Of a stretch of DNA of 64,000 nt, positions 26,751 through 36,468 are shown piece by piece. The notes beneath the pieces are model-generated. The model made no database searches and was not told the origin of the DNA. It saw only the letters and a program-made list of their open reading frames with translations. Origin of the DNA: a bacterium (GTDB taxonomy: Bacteria; Patescibacteriota; Minisyncoccia; Phycocordibacterales; Phycocordibacteraceae); NCBI GenBank assembly GCA_021778295.1, contig JAJYCP010000001.1, forward strand, positions 66,513 through 130,512. Reading direction: 5' to 3'. How positions within the stretch are numbered: position 1 is the stretch's first letter; every line of letters begins with the position of its first letter. The translations under genes were made by a program, and so were the position numbers.

Positions 26751-27023
26751 ATGGAAAAGGCACTTGTGGGCGTCGCGGCAGGAGTAGCGCTCTTTGCCGC
26801 CACAGCGGTTCCGGCATTTGCAGCAGCGAATCAAGGATATGCGTCCGGTTATCCTCACGCAATCGCGAATACTATCTGTGCAAACCATGGGGCTTTCGCA
26901 GCATTTGCAGGGAGTCCGGGAATTATAGAGGAATACGTTGATGCCGATCAGGCAGCCGGCATTTCGCTCGGCTCGGAGACGGGTCCGGCAAACAGCGGAC
27001 TTTGCGGCAATCCGCAAAACTGA
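26751..27023 (+). CDS. Small secreted protein
   Basis: Signal peptide ending in AFA; 2 Cys; perfect hairpin downstream at about 27034-27077. Confidence 0.7.
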   Translation: MEKALVGVAAGVALFAATAVPAFAAANQGYASGYPHAIANTICANHGAFAAFAGSPGIIEEYVDADQAAGISLGSETGPANSGLCGNPQN

Positions 27024-27116
27024 TTCTGTTTCTTTAAAGCACAACACCCGCCAAGTGGCGGGTGTTGTGCTTTAAAGCCATCTACCAAGTGCGCCTTTCG
27101 GCGTTATACTTTGTGC

Positions 27117-27341
27117 ATGAATCGAGTGAAATATCGAGGTTCTACAGGTCTCACCCTGCTCATTATCGGGGCGATTATCGTTCTTGCGTTTATCTTCTTC
27201 GGCCCTGGTTCCGGGTCCAGCTCGTCCTCAGGCGTAAGCAGCGTCTCAACGTCGACTCAACTGGTAGGCACGAGCACCGTTTCGCAGGCGCTCCAATTTA
27301 GCAGCTGGCTCGCAAAAGAGTACGCACCAGCGAAGCACTAA
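27117..27341 (+). CDS. Small single-TM Ser-rich protein
   Basis: TM LLIIGAIIVLAFIFF; TATACT 6 nt before ATG. Confidence 0.6.
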   Translation: MNRVKYRGSTGLTLLIIGAIIVLAFIFFGPGSGSSSSSGVSSVSTSTQLVGTSTVSQALQFSSWLAKEYAPAKH

Positions 27342-27352
27342 AGGAGGATGCA

Positions 27353-27535
27353 TCTGCTCCGGGAGCAGGACCATGAGTACATTCCTCGAAGCTTACAGCT
27401 TCAGTACACCTTGCGGATATTTTGCTCCAAATCTTCGCAAAATATGCTCGCAAGGTCTTCGAGTCCTGCACGGAAGCGCCCTGCGCTTCCTTCCCGTCGC
27501 AGTAACAAAAAACACCCGAAGGGGTGTTTTCTCGT
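27353..27535 (-). mobile_element. Non-coding mini-element downstream of tRNA-Asn that duplicates its 3' end
   Basis: 19-bp TCTGCTCCGGGAGCAGGAC at 27353 and 27536; internal hairpins and an inverted T-arm copy. Confidence 0.6.
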
Positions 27536-27539
27536 TCTG

Positions 27540-27611
27540 CTCCGGGAGCAGGACTCGAACCTGCAACCAACGCCTTAACAGGGCGCTGCTCTACCATTGA
27601 GCTATCCCGGA
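27540..27611 (-). tRNA. tRNA-Asn(GTT)
   Basis: TCCGGGATAGCTCAATGGTAGAGCAGCGCCCTGTTAAGGCGTTGGTTGCAGGTTCGAGTCCTGCTCCCGGAG; CCA not encoded. Confidence 0.95.
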
Positions 27612-27686
27612 ATGTGTCTCTAACGAACCTTCGCATTCTATCGTAAACATCCTGCGTCGCAAAGTAGCATGAGGTATACTCTCCCT

Positions 27687-28169
27687 ATGGCACTAACCCT
27701 TACAAGCACTGCATTTGCGGATAATGAGAAGATTCCTGCGAAATATACCTGCGATGGCGAGCGTTTCCTCGCGCCGCCGCTCGCCATTTCCGGCATACCG
27801 GCGGGGACAAAATCGCTCGCGCTCATCATGGATGATCCCGATATCCCCACGGTGGTGAAAGAGGCGCGTGGCATCGAAGAACTCAATCATTGGGTGCTCT
27901 ATAACATTCCCGCTACTGCGACGGAAATTCCGGAAGGCGGTGCTGTAGAAGGCGACACCGGTATCAACGGCATCGGGACCGCCATGTACATAGGCCCTTG
28001 TCCGCCGCCCGAACACGAACCGTCCGAGCATCGCTATGTTTTTACGCTTTATGCGCTTTCGGGAACGGTTAATTTTGCCACGCCGCCGGCGAAAGCAGAG
28101 CTCGTCACGGCAATTACGCCGCTCCTGATTGAAAAAACAACGCTCATCGGCCGTTACTCCCGCAAATAA
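27687..28169 (+). CDS. YbhB/YbcL (PEBP, Raf kinase inhibitor-like) protein
   Basis: MDDPD, HWVLYNIP, YIGPCPP, HRYVFTLYAL. Confidence 0.92.
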   Translation: MALTLTSTAFADNEKIPAKYTCDGERFLAPPLAISGIPAGTKSLALIMDDPDIPTVVKEARGIEELNHWVLYNIPATATEIPEGGAVEGDTGINGIGTAMYIGPCPPPEHEPSEHRYVFTLYALSGTVNFATPPAKAELVTAITPLLIEKTTLIGRYSRK

Positions 28170-28171
28170 CC

Positions 28172-28411
28172 ATGCTGATCCTCTACTGGCGACCGACGTG
28201 TCCCTTTTGCCACAGAGTGCTCGACACAGCCGGGGAACTCGGGCTTACCTTTGAGAAAAAAGATATTGCCGACCCGGTAGTCGCCGCCGAACTTGTCAAA
28301 CGAGGCGGTAGGCAGCAGGTGCCGTATCTCGTTGATACGGAGCGCGGCGTGGAAATGTATGAATCGATGGATATCGACGCCTATCTGCGCGCACAGTATG
28401 CGAAATCCTGA
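28172..28411 (+). CDS. Glutaredoxin / GST-N-like protein
   Basis: CPFC, QVPYLVD, MYESMDI. Confidence 0.88.
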   Translation: MLILYWRPTCPFCHRVLDTAGELGLTFEKKDIADPVVAAELVKRGGRQQVPYLVDTERGVEMYESMDIDAYLRAQYAKS

Positions 28412-28629
28412 TGTACCTTAAGGTATTCGTCACACCGGGTGCCAAACGCGAGCGCGTCGAAGAAAAAGGCGAAATACTCGCAATCTCGGTGCGGGAACCG
28501 GCGCAAGGGAATCAGGCGAACACGCGTGTGCGCGCGATCGTCGCTTTGCGATTTAGCGTACCGTTCGGGAAAGTACGAATTCTCGCCGGGCACCGTTCGC
28601 GTTCGAAGATGCTCAGCATTGACCGATAA
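28411..28629 (+). CDS. DUF167 (YggU-like) protein
   Basis: VTPGAK…PAQGNQAN…GHRSRSK. Confidence 0.85.
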   Translation: MYLKVFVTPGAKRERVEEKGEILAISVREPAQGNQANTRVRAIVALRFSVPFGKVRILAGHRSRSKMLSIDR

Positions 28630-28678
28630 AGAAATCGCCGCAGCTCCGCTGCGGCGATTGTCTCATACTTTCTTTCCG

Positions 28679-29227
28679 CTACCGCGCGCCCTTGAGGTAC
28701 GCGAGCATCGTATCCGCATCCGATACCTCAAAAGGATCATCAGGACAGTCATCGGAGAATCCCGGCTCGATGAAAAGTTTTTTGATGAGGCCGTCCTCCA
28801 CAAACATGCTGTAGCGCCAGGAGCGCTCGCCGAAACCGAGATTTTCTTTTTTCACGAGCATACCCATGCCGCGCGCGAATTCGCCATTGCCGTCGGGAAG
28901 CATCTTCACTTTCTTCACGCCGAGCTTGTCAGCCCACTGCTTCATGACGAACGCGTCATTTACCGAGAGGCAATAGACCTCGTCGATGCCGAGCGCTTTA
29001 AATTCGTCATATCTCGCTTCAAAGCCGGGAAGATGCGTCGACGAGCAGGTCGGCGTAAAGGCGCCCGGGAGCCCGAAGACGACGATTTTCTTGCCATTAA
29101 ATATTTCGCCCGCGGAAACATCCTGCCAGCGATAGGGATTATCGCCACCGACAGACTCGTCGCGCACGCGGGTCTTGAAAGTCACTTCCGGCACTCGCGC
29201 CCCTTCTTTCTGTGGTTCATGAGCCAT
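28679..29227 (-). CDS. Peroxiredoxin (Prx5 family)
   Basis: LPGAFTPTCSSTHLPG, SVNDAFVM, PDGNGEF, RSWRYSM. Confidence 0.93.
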   Translation of the reverse strand: MAHEPQKEGARVPEVTFKTRVRDESVGGDNPYRWQDVSAGEIFNGKKIVVFGLPGAFTPTCSSTHLPGFEARYDEFKALGIDEVYCLSVNDAFVMKQWADKLGVKKVKMLPDGNGEFARGMGMLVKKENLGFGERSWRYSMFVEDGLIKKLFIEPGFSDDCPDDPFEVSDADTMLAYLKGAR

Positions 29228-29361
29228 AGTTATGTGAGGTTACATCGATTGCAATTAGTAATAGTGTGCAAACAGCATAGCAAAAGCCTCGGGTGAGGCA
29301 AGATTCTTTCTCTGAGCGGCGTACTAATGCGTGATACCATTGAGCTGTAATAGAATATGCT

Positions 29362-29724
29362 ATGAACATCATCATCAAATCGGCCAAGTATGAGCTCACA
29401 CCCGAGACCGAAACTCTTCTGAAAGAAAAGCTTGCGGCGCCGCTACGGCTTCTCGGAGAAGAAGCCGATGGAGCATTGCTCGAAATAGAAATAGAACATG
29501 CGCCGCCGGAAGGGCGTTCGGCCGAGCCGGCGCGCCTTGTCGCACGGCTGAGCGCCGGCGGTAAAGTCTTCCACGCCGAAGCGGTGAAGCCGACGCCCGA
29601 AAGCGCGGCCGACAGAGTGCGGAGCGAGCTCGAAGCGGAAATACGCCGCTCGCGCGGCCGCACGCGCCGCCTGATGCGCGCGGGAAGCGCAAAGATAAAA
29701 AAGATGCTGCGCTTTGAACGCTAA
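29362..29724 (+). CDS. Ribosome hibernation factor HPF/RaiA family
   Basis: MNIIIKSAKYELTPE; fold pattern of the S30AE domain. Confidence 0.7.
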   Translation: MNIIIKSAKYELTPETETLLKEKLAAPLRLLGEEADGALLEIEIEHAPPEGRSAEPARLVARLSAGGKVFHAEAVKPTPESAADRVRSELEAEIRRSRGRTRRLMRAGSAKIKKMLRFER

Positions 29725-30551
29725 GTGCTCTGCCGGTAGGGCATCTCGCGTTTACCCTCGGGGATAATGCGTTCGATGATGAATCGTCCATCCTTGAAAG
29801 ATGCTTGCGTTATTTTTATGCGTTTCTCATGCTCAAAGAAATACGTGCCGATGGTGTCGGCGTAGGCGCGATACTTGTTCCAATTCTCTTCCGCCGGAGC
29901 ATCGAGCGAAAGCAATCCATCCTCTTTCTTCCGTTTCGGCGCGCGCGTGGCGCGCGACGCGTCCTGCGGGGTGAGCGTGATCTCGCCGCGTAGAAATGCG
30001 GGGAGAATATCGGCGAGCATCTGCGCGCCCAGGGCGATAAGCCGGGGACGAAGCTCGCGCGCCGTTTCCTCGGGCGCTATGGCCGTCTCTTTTTGCGCGA
30101 GGATGGCACCGGCATCGAGTTCGTACGCCATCTTTTGAATGGTGACGCCGGTCACTGCGTCGCCTGCAAGAAGCGCCGCCTCAAGCGGCGCCGCGCCGCG
30201 GTATTTCGGCAAAAGCGAATAATGGATATTCAGTACGCCCTTGGGGAAAGCGGCTATGAGCGATTCGGGAAATATTTTGCCGTACGCAACAACAACCGCA
30301 TAGTCGCATGCGAGGGCGCGTATCGCCGCAACCGCCGTATCATCAAGTTTCTCCGGCGTCATCACACTGATGTCCCGCTTAAGCGCCGTCGTCTTTACCG
30401 GCGAGGGCGTAAGCGTGAGGCCGCGCCCTTGCGGCGCGTCCGGAGAAGTCACTACGGCACGGGGAATGAAGCCGCGCTCGATGAGAATCGCGAGCGTGTC
30501 GCGCGCGACTTCCGGCGTGCCGAAATAGACAAAATTATGCGTCGGGTTCAT
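29721..30551 (-). CDS. fmt: Methionyl-tRNA formyltransferase
   Basis: FGTPE, VVAYGKI, NIHYSLLPKYRGAAP, LDAG. Confidence 0.95.
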   Translation of the reverse strand: MNPTHNFVYFGTPEVARDTLAILIERGFIPRAVVTSPDAPQGRGLTLTPSPVKTTALKRDISVMTPEKLDDTAVAAIRALACDYAVVVAYGKIFPESLIAAFPKGVLNIHYSLLPKYRGAAPLEAALLAGDAVTGVTIQKMAYELDAGAILAQKETAIAPEETARELRPRLIALGAQMLADILPAFLRGEITLTPQDASRATRAPKRKKEDGLLSLDAPAEENWNKYRAYADTIGTYFFEHEKRIKITQASFKDGRFIIERIIPEGKREMPYRQST

Positions 30552-31065
30552 GGGGGATACGGACGAGGTTCTCGGCATGGTCAATAAAGAGCGTACCATT
30601 CAAATGATCCATTTCGTGCTCGAATATCTGCGCCAGGAGGCCGCTTGCGCCGCGTTCAAACGAGGAACCGTCCGGGCGCCGTGCGCGCACGGTGACCCGC
30701 TCATGCCGCAGTGCTGTGCCGTACACCCCGCGGACCGAGAGACATCCTTCCTCAGCATGCGCGCGTTTGCGCGAAGTCTTTACGATTTTAGGATTGATGT
30801 ACACCGCTACCTCTGCGGCAGGGCGGGGAGAAGATTCGCTCGGTTGAACGGGGGAGGGAAGCGTGCGGTCGTTGCGTACGATAAAAAGACGATAGGAAAC
30901 GCCAATTTGCGGGGCGGCGAGCGCAACGCCCTCAGGCTCGCGGTCGAGAGATTCCTCCATGTCGGCGATAAGGCGTGTGAGTTCTGCGCTGCCGAACAGC
31001 TCCTCTGGCACCGGCGCGGCCGTTTCGCGCAGCACCGGCGCTCCGTCCTGTACGATTTCTTTCAT
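30535..31065 (-). CDS. def: Peptide deformylase
   Basis: GVALAAPQIG, EGCLS, HEMDHLNG. Confidence 0.96.
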   Translation of the reverse strand: MKEIVQDGAPVLRETAAPVPEELFGSAELTRLIADMEESLDREPEGVALAAPQIGVSYRLFIVRNDRTLPSPVQPSESSPRPAAEVAVYINPKIVKTSRKRAHAEEGCLSVRGVYGTALRHERVTVRARRPDGSSFERGASGLLAQIFEHEMDHLNGTLFIDHAENLVRIPHEPDA

Positions 31066-31170
31066 ACGACTGCGCAGAATCGTGCCGCGCAATTGTCCAT
31101 TGAACGGCTCCCTTCTGAATTATTCATCATGCGTACATCATACACTCCGAGACGGATTTCGTGCGATTAG

Positions 31171-31321
31171 AACCCGTTTCAAACCCCCGCCTCCCCTGCG
31201 AAGGGTGTGCGGCGGAAAGAGGCTTACGGAGCCCGACGGGGCGAGTACGAGCCGCTTTTCGAGCACGAAAAGACGGCGTACTCCTTTCCGTTGCATACCC
31301 TTCGCAGGGGCTTGATGTGGC
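31171..31321. mobile_element. MITE-like palindromic intergenic element, copy A
   Basis: End AACCCGTTTCAAACCC; core is the reverse complement of copy B; flanked by TTAG and CTAG. Confidence 0.75.
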
Positions 31322-31615
31322 CTAGTGTTTTTTCGGGTCAAGCTCCCACCAGAATTTTTTGCTGAAATTTTTTGCCTGGCTACACACGCTCTTGAGGTAA
31401 TAAAGATCCGCAGTCGGGATGCCCTCAATTTCGGCGCCGAGGCGCGCCATCGTAAGCGGAGCCAGGCCGTCCTGCTTGCGGGAATAATTCAAATGACGAA
31501 GAAAAAAACGCATCAATTCTCCACGCTCTGTCTCGCGTTTCCGTCCTTTCGGCGCCGCCGCCGCTTTTTTCTCGATGTCGGGGAGAATATCGCGGATGGG
31601 TTTCATCCCGTTCAT
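31322..31615 (-). CDS. Hypothetical protein
   Basis: 97 aa, directly downstream of murA in the same orientation. Confidence 0.7.
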   Translation of the reverse strand: MNGMKPIRDILPDIEKKAAAAPKGRKRETERGELMRFFLRHLNYSRKQDGLAPLTMARLGAEIEGIPTADLYYLKSVCSQAKNFSKKFWWELDPKKH

Positions 31616-31645
31616 TCTAAACCAGGCGCGCCACTACCGCGACGG

Positions 31646-32956
31646 TCAGTCCGTATGCGCTTCGATAGACGCGCCGAGATGTTGAAGGCGCAGGACGATG
31701 TCCTCATATCCTCGGTTGATGCTGTAGACATTCCGGAGCGTCGAGCGGCCTTTTGCGGCGAGCATCGCGACGAGGATGATGGTTGCGGGCCGCAGCGCCG
31801 GCGGACAGATGACCTCAGCGGCTTTGAGCCGGGACGGGCCTTCAATTGAGATGCGGTGCGGATCATGGAGGATGGTCGTCGCGCCCAGCCGGTCAAGCTC
31901 GGTGTAATAAATCGCGCGTTTTTCGTATACCCAGTCGTGGATGAGCGTCGTGCCTTTGGCTTGCGTGGCAATGACCGCAAAGAAGGGGAGATTATCGATA
32001 TTGAGGCCCGGGTACGGTCGCGCATGAATCTTTTCGGGGAACGCGATGAGCACGGATGCTAGAACAGTTATGTCGACGAGCTTCGTAATGCCGTTTTCTG
32101 AAACGCGCTGATTGGAAAGCGAGAACACAAGACCCATTTTTTCAAGCACGAGCAATTCTACTTCGAGAAATTCAATCGGAGCGGCAGCAATGGTGATGGC
32201 GGAACCGGTTACCGCCGCCGCCGCAAGAAAGAACATTGCATCAGTCGGGTCCTCGGCAACGCTGTAGGAGACATCCCGGTTGATATCAGCGATACCCTCG
32301 ATGCGAAGCGTTGTCGAACCGACGCCCTCGACTTTGACGCCGAGCGCGCGTAAAAAGCCGCACACTTCCTGCACCTGGTAATTCGCCGAGGCGTATTTAA
32401 TGACGCTCGCGCCCTCGATGCGCGCGGCGGCAAAAATCGCATTGATAGTCGCCGTGTCGCTCGATTCATACAGGATGACTTCTGCCGGACGGAGCGTCGC
32501 GTACGTGACATGGTAGTTATCCGAGCGCGCTTCTATTGCGACGCCGAATTTCTCAAGCGCCATGAGGTGCGGGCGCACGGAACGCAGTCCTAATGTGCAG
32601 CCGCCCGATTGCGGCAACTCAAACTCTTTCAGAGCGTGGAGCAGGGGACCGATGAACATCAAGATGCTGCGCGTCTTAGTCGCGGCGGCGCGGTCGATCG
32701 TCTCGAGCGAAAATTTCTGCAGAGGTTGTAGGGAGACGCTCGTTCCCTGCCACTCGACCGCGACGCCGATTGAACGAAGAACTTCGATGAGGCGGTTGAC
32801 TTCTTCGATTTTCGGCACGTGATTGAGAATCGTTCGTCCACGATTGAGGAGGGAAGCGGCCAGAAGCGCGACCGCGCCGTTTTTCGAGCGGCTCGTCTCG
32901 ACGCGGCCGTGCAGTTTCCCTCCGCCCTCGATGATAAAGTTCATTCCTTCCTGCAT
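31646..32956 (-). CDS. murA: UDP-N-acetylglucosamine 1-carboxyvinyltransferase
   Basis: SKN, LPQSGGCTLGLR (active-site Cys), RPYPG, INRGYE. Confidence 0.93.
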   Translation of the reverse strand: MQEGMNFIIEGGGKLHGRVETSRSKNGAVALLAASLLNRGRTILNHVPKIEEVNRLIEVLRSIGVAVEWQGTSVSLQPLQKFSLETIDRAAATKTRSILMFIGPLLHALKEFELPQSGGCTLGLRSVRPHLMALEKFGVAIEARSDNYHVTYATLRPAEVILYESSDTATINAIFAAARIEGASVIKYASANYQVQEVCGFLRALGVKVEGVGSTTLRIEGIADINRDVSYSVAEDPTDAMFFLAAAAVTGSAITIAAAPIEFLEVELLVLEKMGLVFSLSNQRVSENGITKLVDITVLASVLIAFPEKIHARPYPGLNIDNLPFFAVIATQAKGTTLIHDWVYEKRAIYYTELDRLGATTILHDPHRISIEGPSRLKAAEVICPPALRPATIILVAMLAAKGRSTLRNVYSINRGYEDIVLRLQHLGASIEAHTD

Positions 32957-33022
32957 GCGGGACATAGTACCACTCGCGCCAGGGCTTTGCGCGAGTACGG
33001 AGAGCGCGATACTATACGCGCA

Positions 33023-34048
33023 ATGCCTCTCTTTTCTCCAAAGCTCGGTATCGACCTCGGGACGACCAATGTCCTCGTGTTCGTGCCGGGCAAGGGCGTC
33101 GTGATAAACGAGCCTTCGGTTGTCGCGGTGAGCAAGGCACATGGCAAGCACGGTGGCAACAAGATCCTTGCCATCGGTGCGGAAGCGAAACGGATGGTGG
33201 GCCGCACGCCCGACGACATCATCGCGTATCGTCCCATGAAAGACGGCGTCATCGCCGATTACCGCGTGACTGAAGCGATGCTGCGCTATTTCATGCGCAA
33301 AGCGCTCGGCAAAAACCCGTTCAAACCGACCGTGCTCGTTTCGGTTCCGGCGGGCGTGTCTTCAACCGAGAAACGCGCCGTCATCGAAGCGGCGATGAAA
33401 GCGGGCGCAAAAAACGCATTCGTGGTGAAAGAGCCGATACTCGCGGCTATCGGCGCGGGCATCCCCATTCATGAACCTATGGGGCGGATGGTGGTGGATA
33501 TCGGCGGCGGTACGATAGACGTCGCGGTGATCTCGCTTGGCGGCATCGTCGCTTCGACGTCCGTGAAATGCGCCGGCGATCGCCTCGACCGTGCGATTAC
33601 CGATCACGTCAAGAAGCAATACAATCTCGCCATCGGCGATAAAACTGCGGAAGAGATGAAGATAAAAATCGGCGCGGCGGTGCCGCTGAACGAAGAACTC
33701 ACGCTTGCGGTCAAGGGGCGTGACCTTATTTCCGGCTTGCCGCGCACCGTCGATGTCTCAACCAATGATCTCGTGCAGGCGATGGCGCGGGAATTGCGCG
33801 AAATGACGCAAGCGATACGCAAGGTCCTCCAGGATACGCCGCCGGAACTCGCCGCCGACATCATCGATAACGGCATCATCCTTACCGGCGGCTCCTCGCA
33901 GCTGCGCCAGATGCCGGAACTTGTGTACCGCCGCACGGGCGTCGTCGCCAAACTCGCGCAGGATCCTTACTACTGCGTCGCGCGCGGCACTGGTATCGCG
34001 CTCAAACATTTGAATACGTATCAGAAAAGCATTTTGGCAAAAAAATAG
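33023..34048 (+). CDS. mreB: Rod shape-determining protein MreB (copy 1)
   Basis: GIDLGTTN, NEPSVVA, VDIGGGT, LTGGSS. Confidence 0.95.
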   Translation: MPLFSPKLGIDLGTTNVLVFVPGKGVVINEPSVVAVSKAHGKHGGNKILAIGAEAKRMVGRTPDDIIAYRPMKDGVIADYRVTEAMLRYFMRKALGKNPFKPTVLVSVPAGVSSTEKRAVIEAAMKAGAKNAFVVKEPILAAIGAGIPIHEPMGRMVVDIGGGTIDVAVISLGGIVASTSVKCAGDRLDRAITDHVKKQYNLAIGDKTAEEMKIKIGAAVPLNEELTLAVKGRDLISGLPRTVDVSTNDLVQAMARELREMTQAIRKVLQDTPPELAADIIDNGIILTGGSSQLRQMPELVYRRTGVVAKLAQDPYYCVARGTGIALKHLNTYQKSILAKK

Positions 34049-34071
34049 GCGCGCCGCGGTATACTCACCTC

Positions 34072-34767
34072 ATGCGGCATCATGCATTCGTTGTCGAAGC
34101 GGAGGCGGAAGAGGGGATTAAGATCGCGCAGGAATGGGCGGCGCGAGAGCTTGGGATGCAGGTACCGGGGAATCCGGACATCATCACGCTGCGCCACAGT
34201 CTTTTTTCGGTTGAAGACGCGCGGCGCGTCACGGAGCTTGCCGCGTCTGCGCCGTTTTTAGGCGAGTCCAAAGTCCTCATCGTAAGCGCACACCGCGCCT
34301 ATCACGAGGCGCAGAACGCGCTCCTGAAGCTTTTTGAAGAACCGCCGGAGGGCGTCTATCTTTTTCTCATTCTGCCGAGTCTGGGCGGGCTTCTGCCGAC
34401 GTTGCGTTCTCGCGTGCATGTCCTCGGCACCCCTGCGGCATTTCCGGCGGCCCGCAAAGCGGCCCGCAAAGCGGAAGGTGCCGCTGCGTTTATGACAGCG
34501 GGGAAAGAAGCGCGCAGCGCGCTCATCAAGAAACTTGCAAGCGGGAAAGACGAAGAGGCGCGGCGCGAGAATCGTGAAGAGGCCCTGCGCATCATAAATG
34601 GCATGGAGGCCGCCGCCTATGCCGCATTGAAAAAGTCCGGCGACGCGTCCGTCACCGCGTTTCTCTCGGATATTGCGACAGTACGCGGGTACCTCTACGA
34701 TCGGAGCGCCCCCGTGCGCATGATCCTGGAACACCTTTCGCTCGTCCTGCCGAAGAATTTGCTATGA
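34072..34767 (+). CDS. holB: DNA polymerase III delta-prime-like subunit
   Basis: AQNALLKLFEEPP…LLPTLRSR. Confidence 0.8.
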   Translation: MRHHAFVVEAEAEEGIKIAQEWAARELGMQVPGNPDIITLRHSLFSVEDARRVTELAASAPFLGESKVLIVSAHRAYHEAQNALLKLFEEPPEGVYLFLILPSLGGLLPTLRSRVHVLGTPAAFPAARKAARKAEGAAAFMTAGKEARSALIKKLASGKDEEARRENREEALRIINGMEAAAYAALKKSGDASVTAFLSDIATVRGYLYDRSAPVRMILEHLSLVLPKNLL

Positions 34768-34774
34768 TGCGCGT

Positions 34775-35326
34775 ATGGCATACGATTTCTCCGCGCTGAA
34801 AAAGAACATTAAAGAAACCGAAGAATGGCTCCTGCGTGAGCTGTCGGGAGTCCGCACCGGCCGCGCGGCGCCGGCCCTGCTCGATGGCGTGAAAGTCGAA
34901 GCATATGGCGCGCGCACGCCGCTTGCGCAACTCGCTTCCGTTTCTATCGAGGACGCGCGCACGCTCCGCGTCATTCCCTGGGACAGCGCGCTTCTGAAAG
35001 CGATCGAGAAAGGCATTACGGAAGCGGATCTCGGCGTCGGCGTTGCGACCGATGATCAAGGCCTGCGGATATCATTCCCCGAGCTCACGAGCGAGCGGCG
35101 CACGCAGCTTTTGAAGATTGCGGGCGATAAAACCGAACAAGCGAAAGTGACACTTCGCTTACACCGCACCGATGCGCTGCATGCGCTCGATGCGCTTTCG
35201 AAAGACGGGGGGACCGGCAAGGACGAAATCGCGCGGCTGCGGAACGAGGTTCAAAAACTCATCGACGCAGGCACCGATACACTTGGCGAAGCCCTCAAGA
35301 AAAAAGAGGCCGAAATCGCCCGCTAG
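34775..35326 (+). CDS. frr: Ribosome recycling factor
   Basis: VRTGRAAPALLD, PELTSERR. Confidence 0.95.
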   Translation: MAYDFSALKKNIKETEEWLLRELSGVRTGRAAPALLDGVKVEAYGARTPLAQLASVSIEDARTLRVIPWDSALLKAIEKGITEADLGVGVATDDQGLRISFPELTSERRTQLLKIAGDKTEQAKVTLRLHRTDALHALDALSKDGGTGKDEIARLRNEVQKLIDAGTDTLGEALKKKEAEIAR

Positions 35327-35330
35327 CCCG

Positions 35331-36419
35331 ATGGAGGTACTTATTTTTATCGCCGTTATCGTTGCACTCATCGTGGTGCACGAATTCGGACATTTCATCG
35401 TCGCGAAACTTTCAGGGATGCGCGTCGATGAATTCGGACTCGGCTACCCTCCGCGCGCCGCGGTCATCGGGAAGATAGGCGAGACCGTATACACGCTCAA
35501 CTGGCTTCCGTTTGGCGGTTTTGTAAAAATTTACGGCGAAGACGGCGGCGGGAGCGGTTCGCGCGCATTCTCCGCGCGGCCGCGCGTGCTGCAGGCATTG
35601 GTGCTTATCGCCGGCATCGCAATGAACCTCCTTTTCGCGTATGTGCTTATCACCGGCGCTCTCGTGTCCGGGACTCCTCGTGCACTCTCCGCAAGCGAAG
35701 TCGCGCATGCGCGGGACGTCTCGCTCGCAGTGGCGGATGTGCTTCCCGGCACGCCTGCCGCACGTGCGGGGCTTCTCCCCGGCGATTCCATTTTAAGCGC
35801 GAAAGACGCGGCGGGAGAATGGCACGCCACGGATCCTGCGAGCTTCTCGGCGTTTATTGCCGCGAGTGGCGGGGGAAAAGTCGCATTGTCCATAAACCGC
35901 GCTGGCAGCGATCTCTCAGTTTTAGCGACGCCCTCAAACGGTATCGTCCCCAACGATCCCGCACGCTACGCGCTCGGCATCGAAGTCGCCACCATCGGTA
36001 CGGTACCGCTTTCTTTTGGTGCGGCGGTCACGCAAGGCGCTTCGCTTACCTGGGGTGCGACCGTTCTCACTGCGCAAGGACTGTGGCATTTTTTCTACGG
36101 CATCTTTACGTTCCGGGCGAATCTCTCGCAGGTGGCGGGCCCTATCGGCATCGCGAGCGCGGTCGGTTCCGCATCGGCGCAAGGACTCGGCGACCTCCTT
36201 TCGCTCATGGCGATTATCTCGATCAATCTCGCGCTCATAAATCTCATTCCCATTCCCGCTCTTGACGGCGGACGGCTGCTTTTCGTTCTCATCGAAAGCG
36301 TCATCCGCCGGCCCATCAAACCGAGCGTTGCGCGCACGGTGAATGCGATCGGTTTCGTATTTCTCATCCTGCTCATGGTCGTTGTGAGCGCTCACGATAT
36401 CTTCAGGATCGTCGGCTAG
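35331..36419 (+). CDS. rseP: RseP-like site-2 protease (M50) with a PDZ domain
   Basis: HEFGH, LPFGGFV, NLIPIPALDGG. Confidence 0.93.
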   Translation: MEVLIFIAVIVALIVVHEFGHFIVAKLSGMRVDEFGLGYPPRAAVIGKIGETVYTLNWLPFGGFVKIYGEDGGGSGSRAFSARPRVLQALVLIAGIAMNLLFAYVLITGALVSGTPRALSASEVAHARDVSLAVADVLPGTPAARAGLLPGDSILSAKDAAGEWHATDPASFSAFIAASGGGKVALSINRAGSDLSVLATPSNGIVPNDPARYALGIEVATIGTVPLSFGAAVTQGASLTWGATVLTAQGLWHFFYGIFTFRANLSQVAGPIGIASAVGSASAQGLGDLLSLMAIISINLALINLIPIPALDGGRLLFVLIESVIRRPIKPSVARTVNAIGFVFLILLMVVVSAHDIFRIVG

Positions 36420-36468
36420 CGAGGGCTCTTTTGCGCTTACTGCACGGGCAGCATATACTGCGTTGCAT

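Noticed and set aside
13000-27611. Prophage or integrative element anchored at tRNA-Asn covering the whole accessory region
   Set aside because: No integrase, phage structural or conjugation genes; the tRNA 3' duplication I found encloses only about 165 bp.
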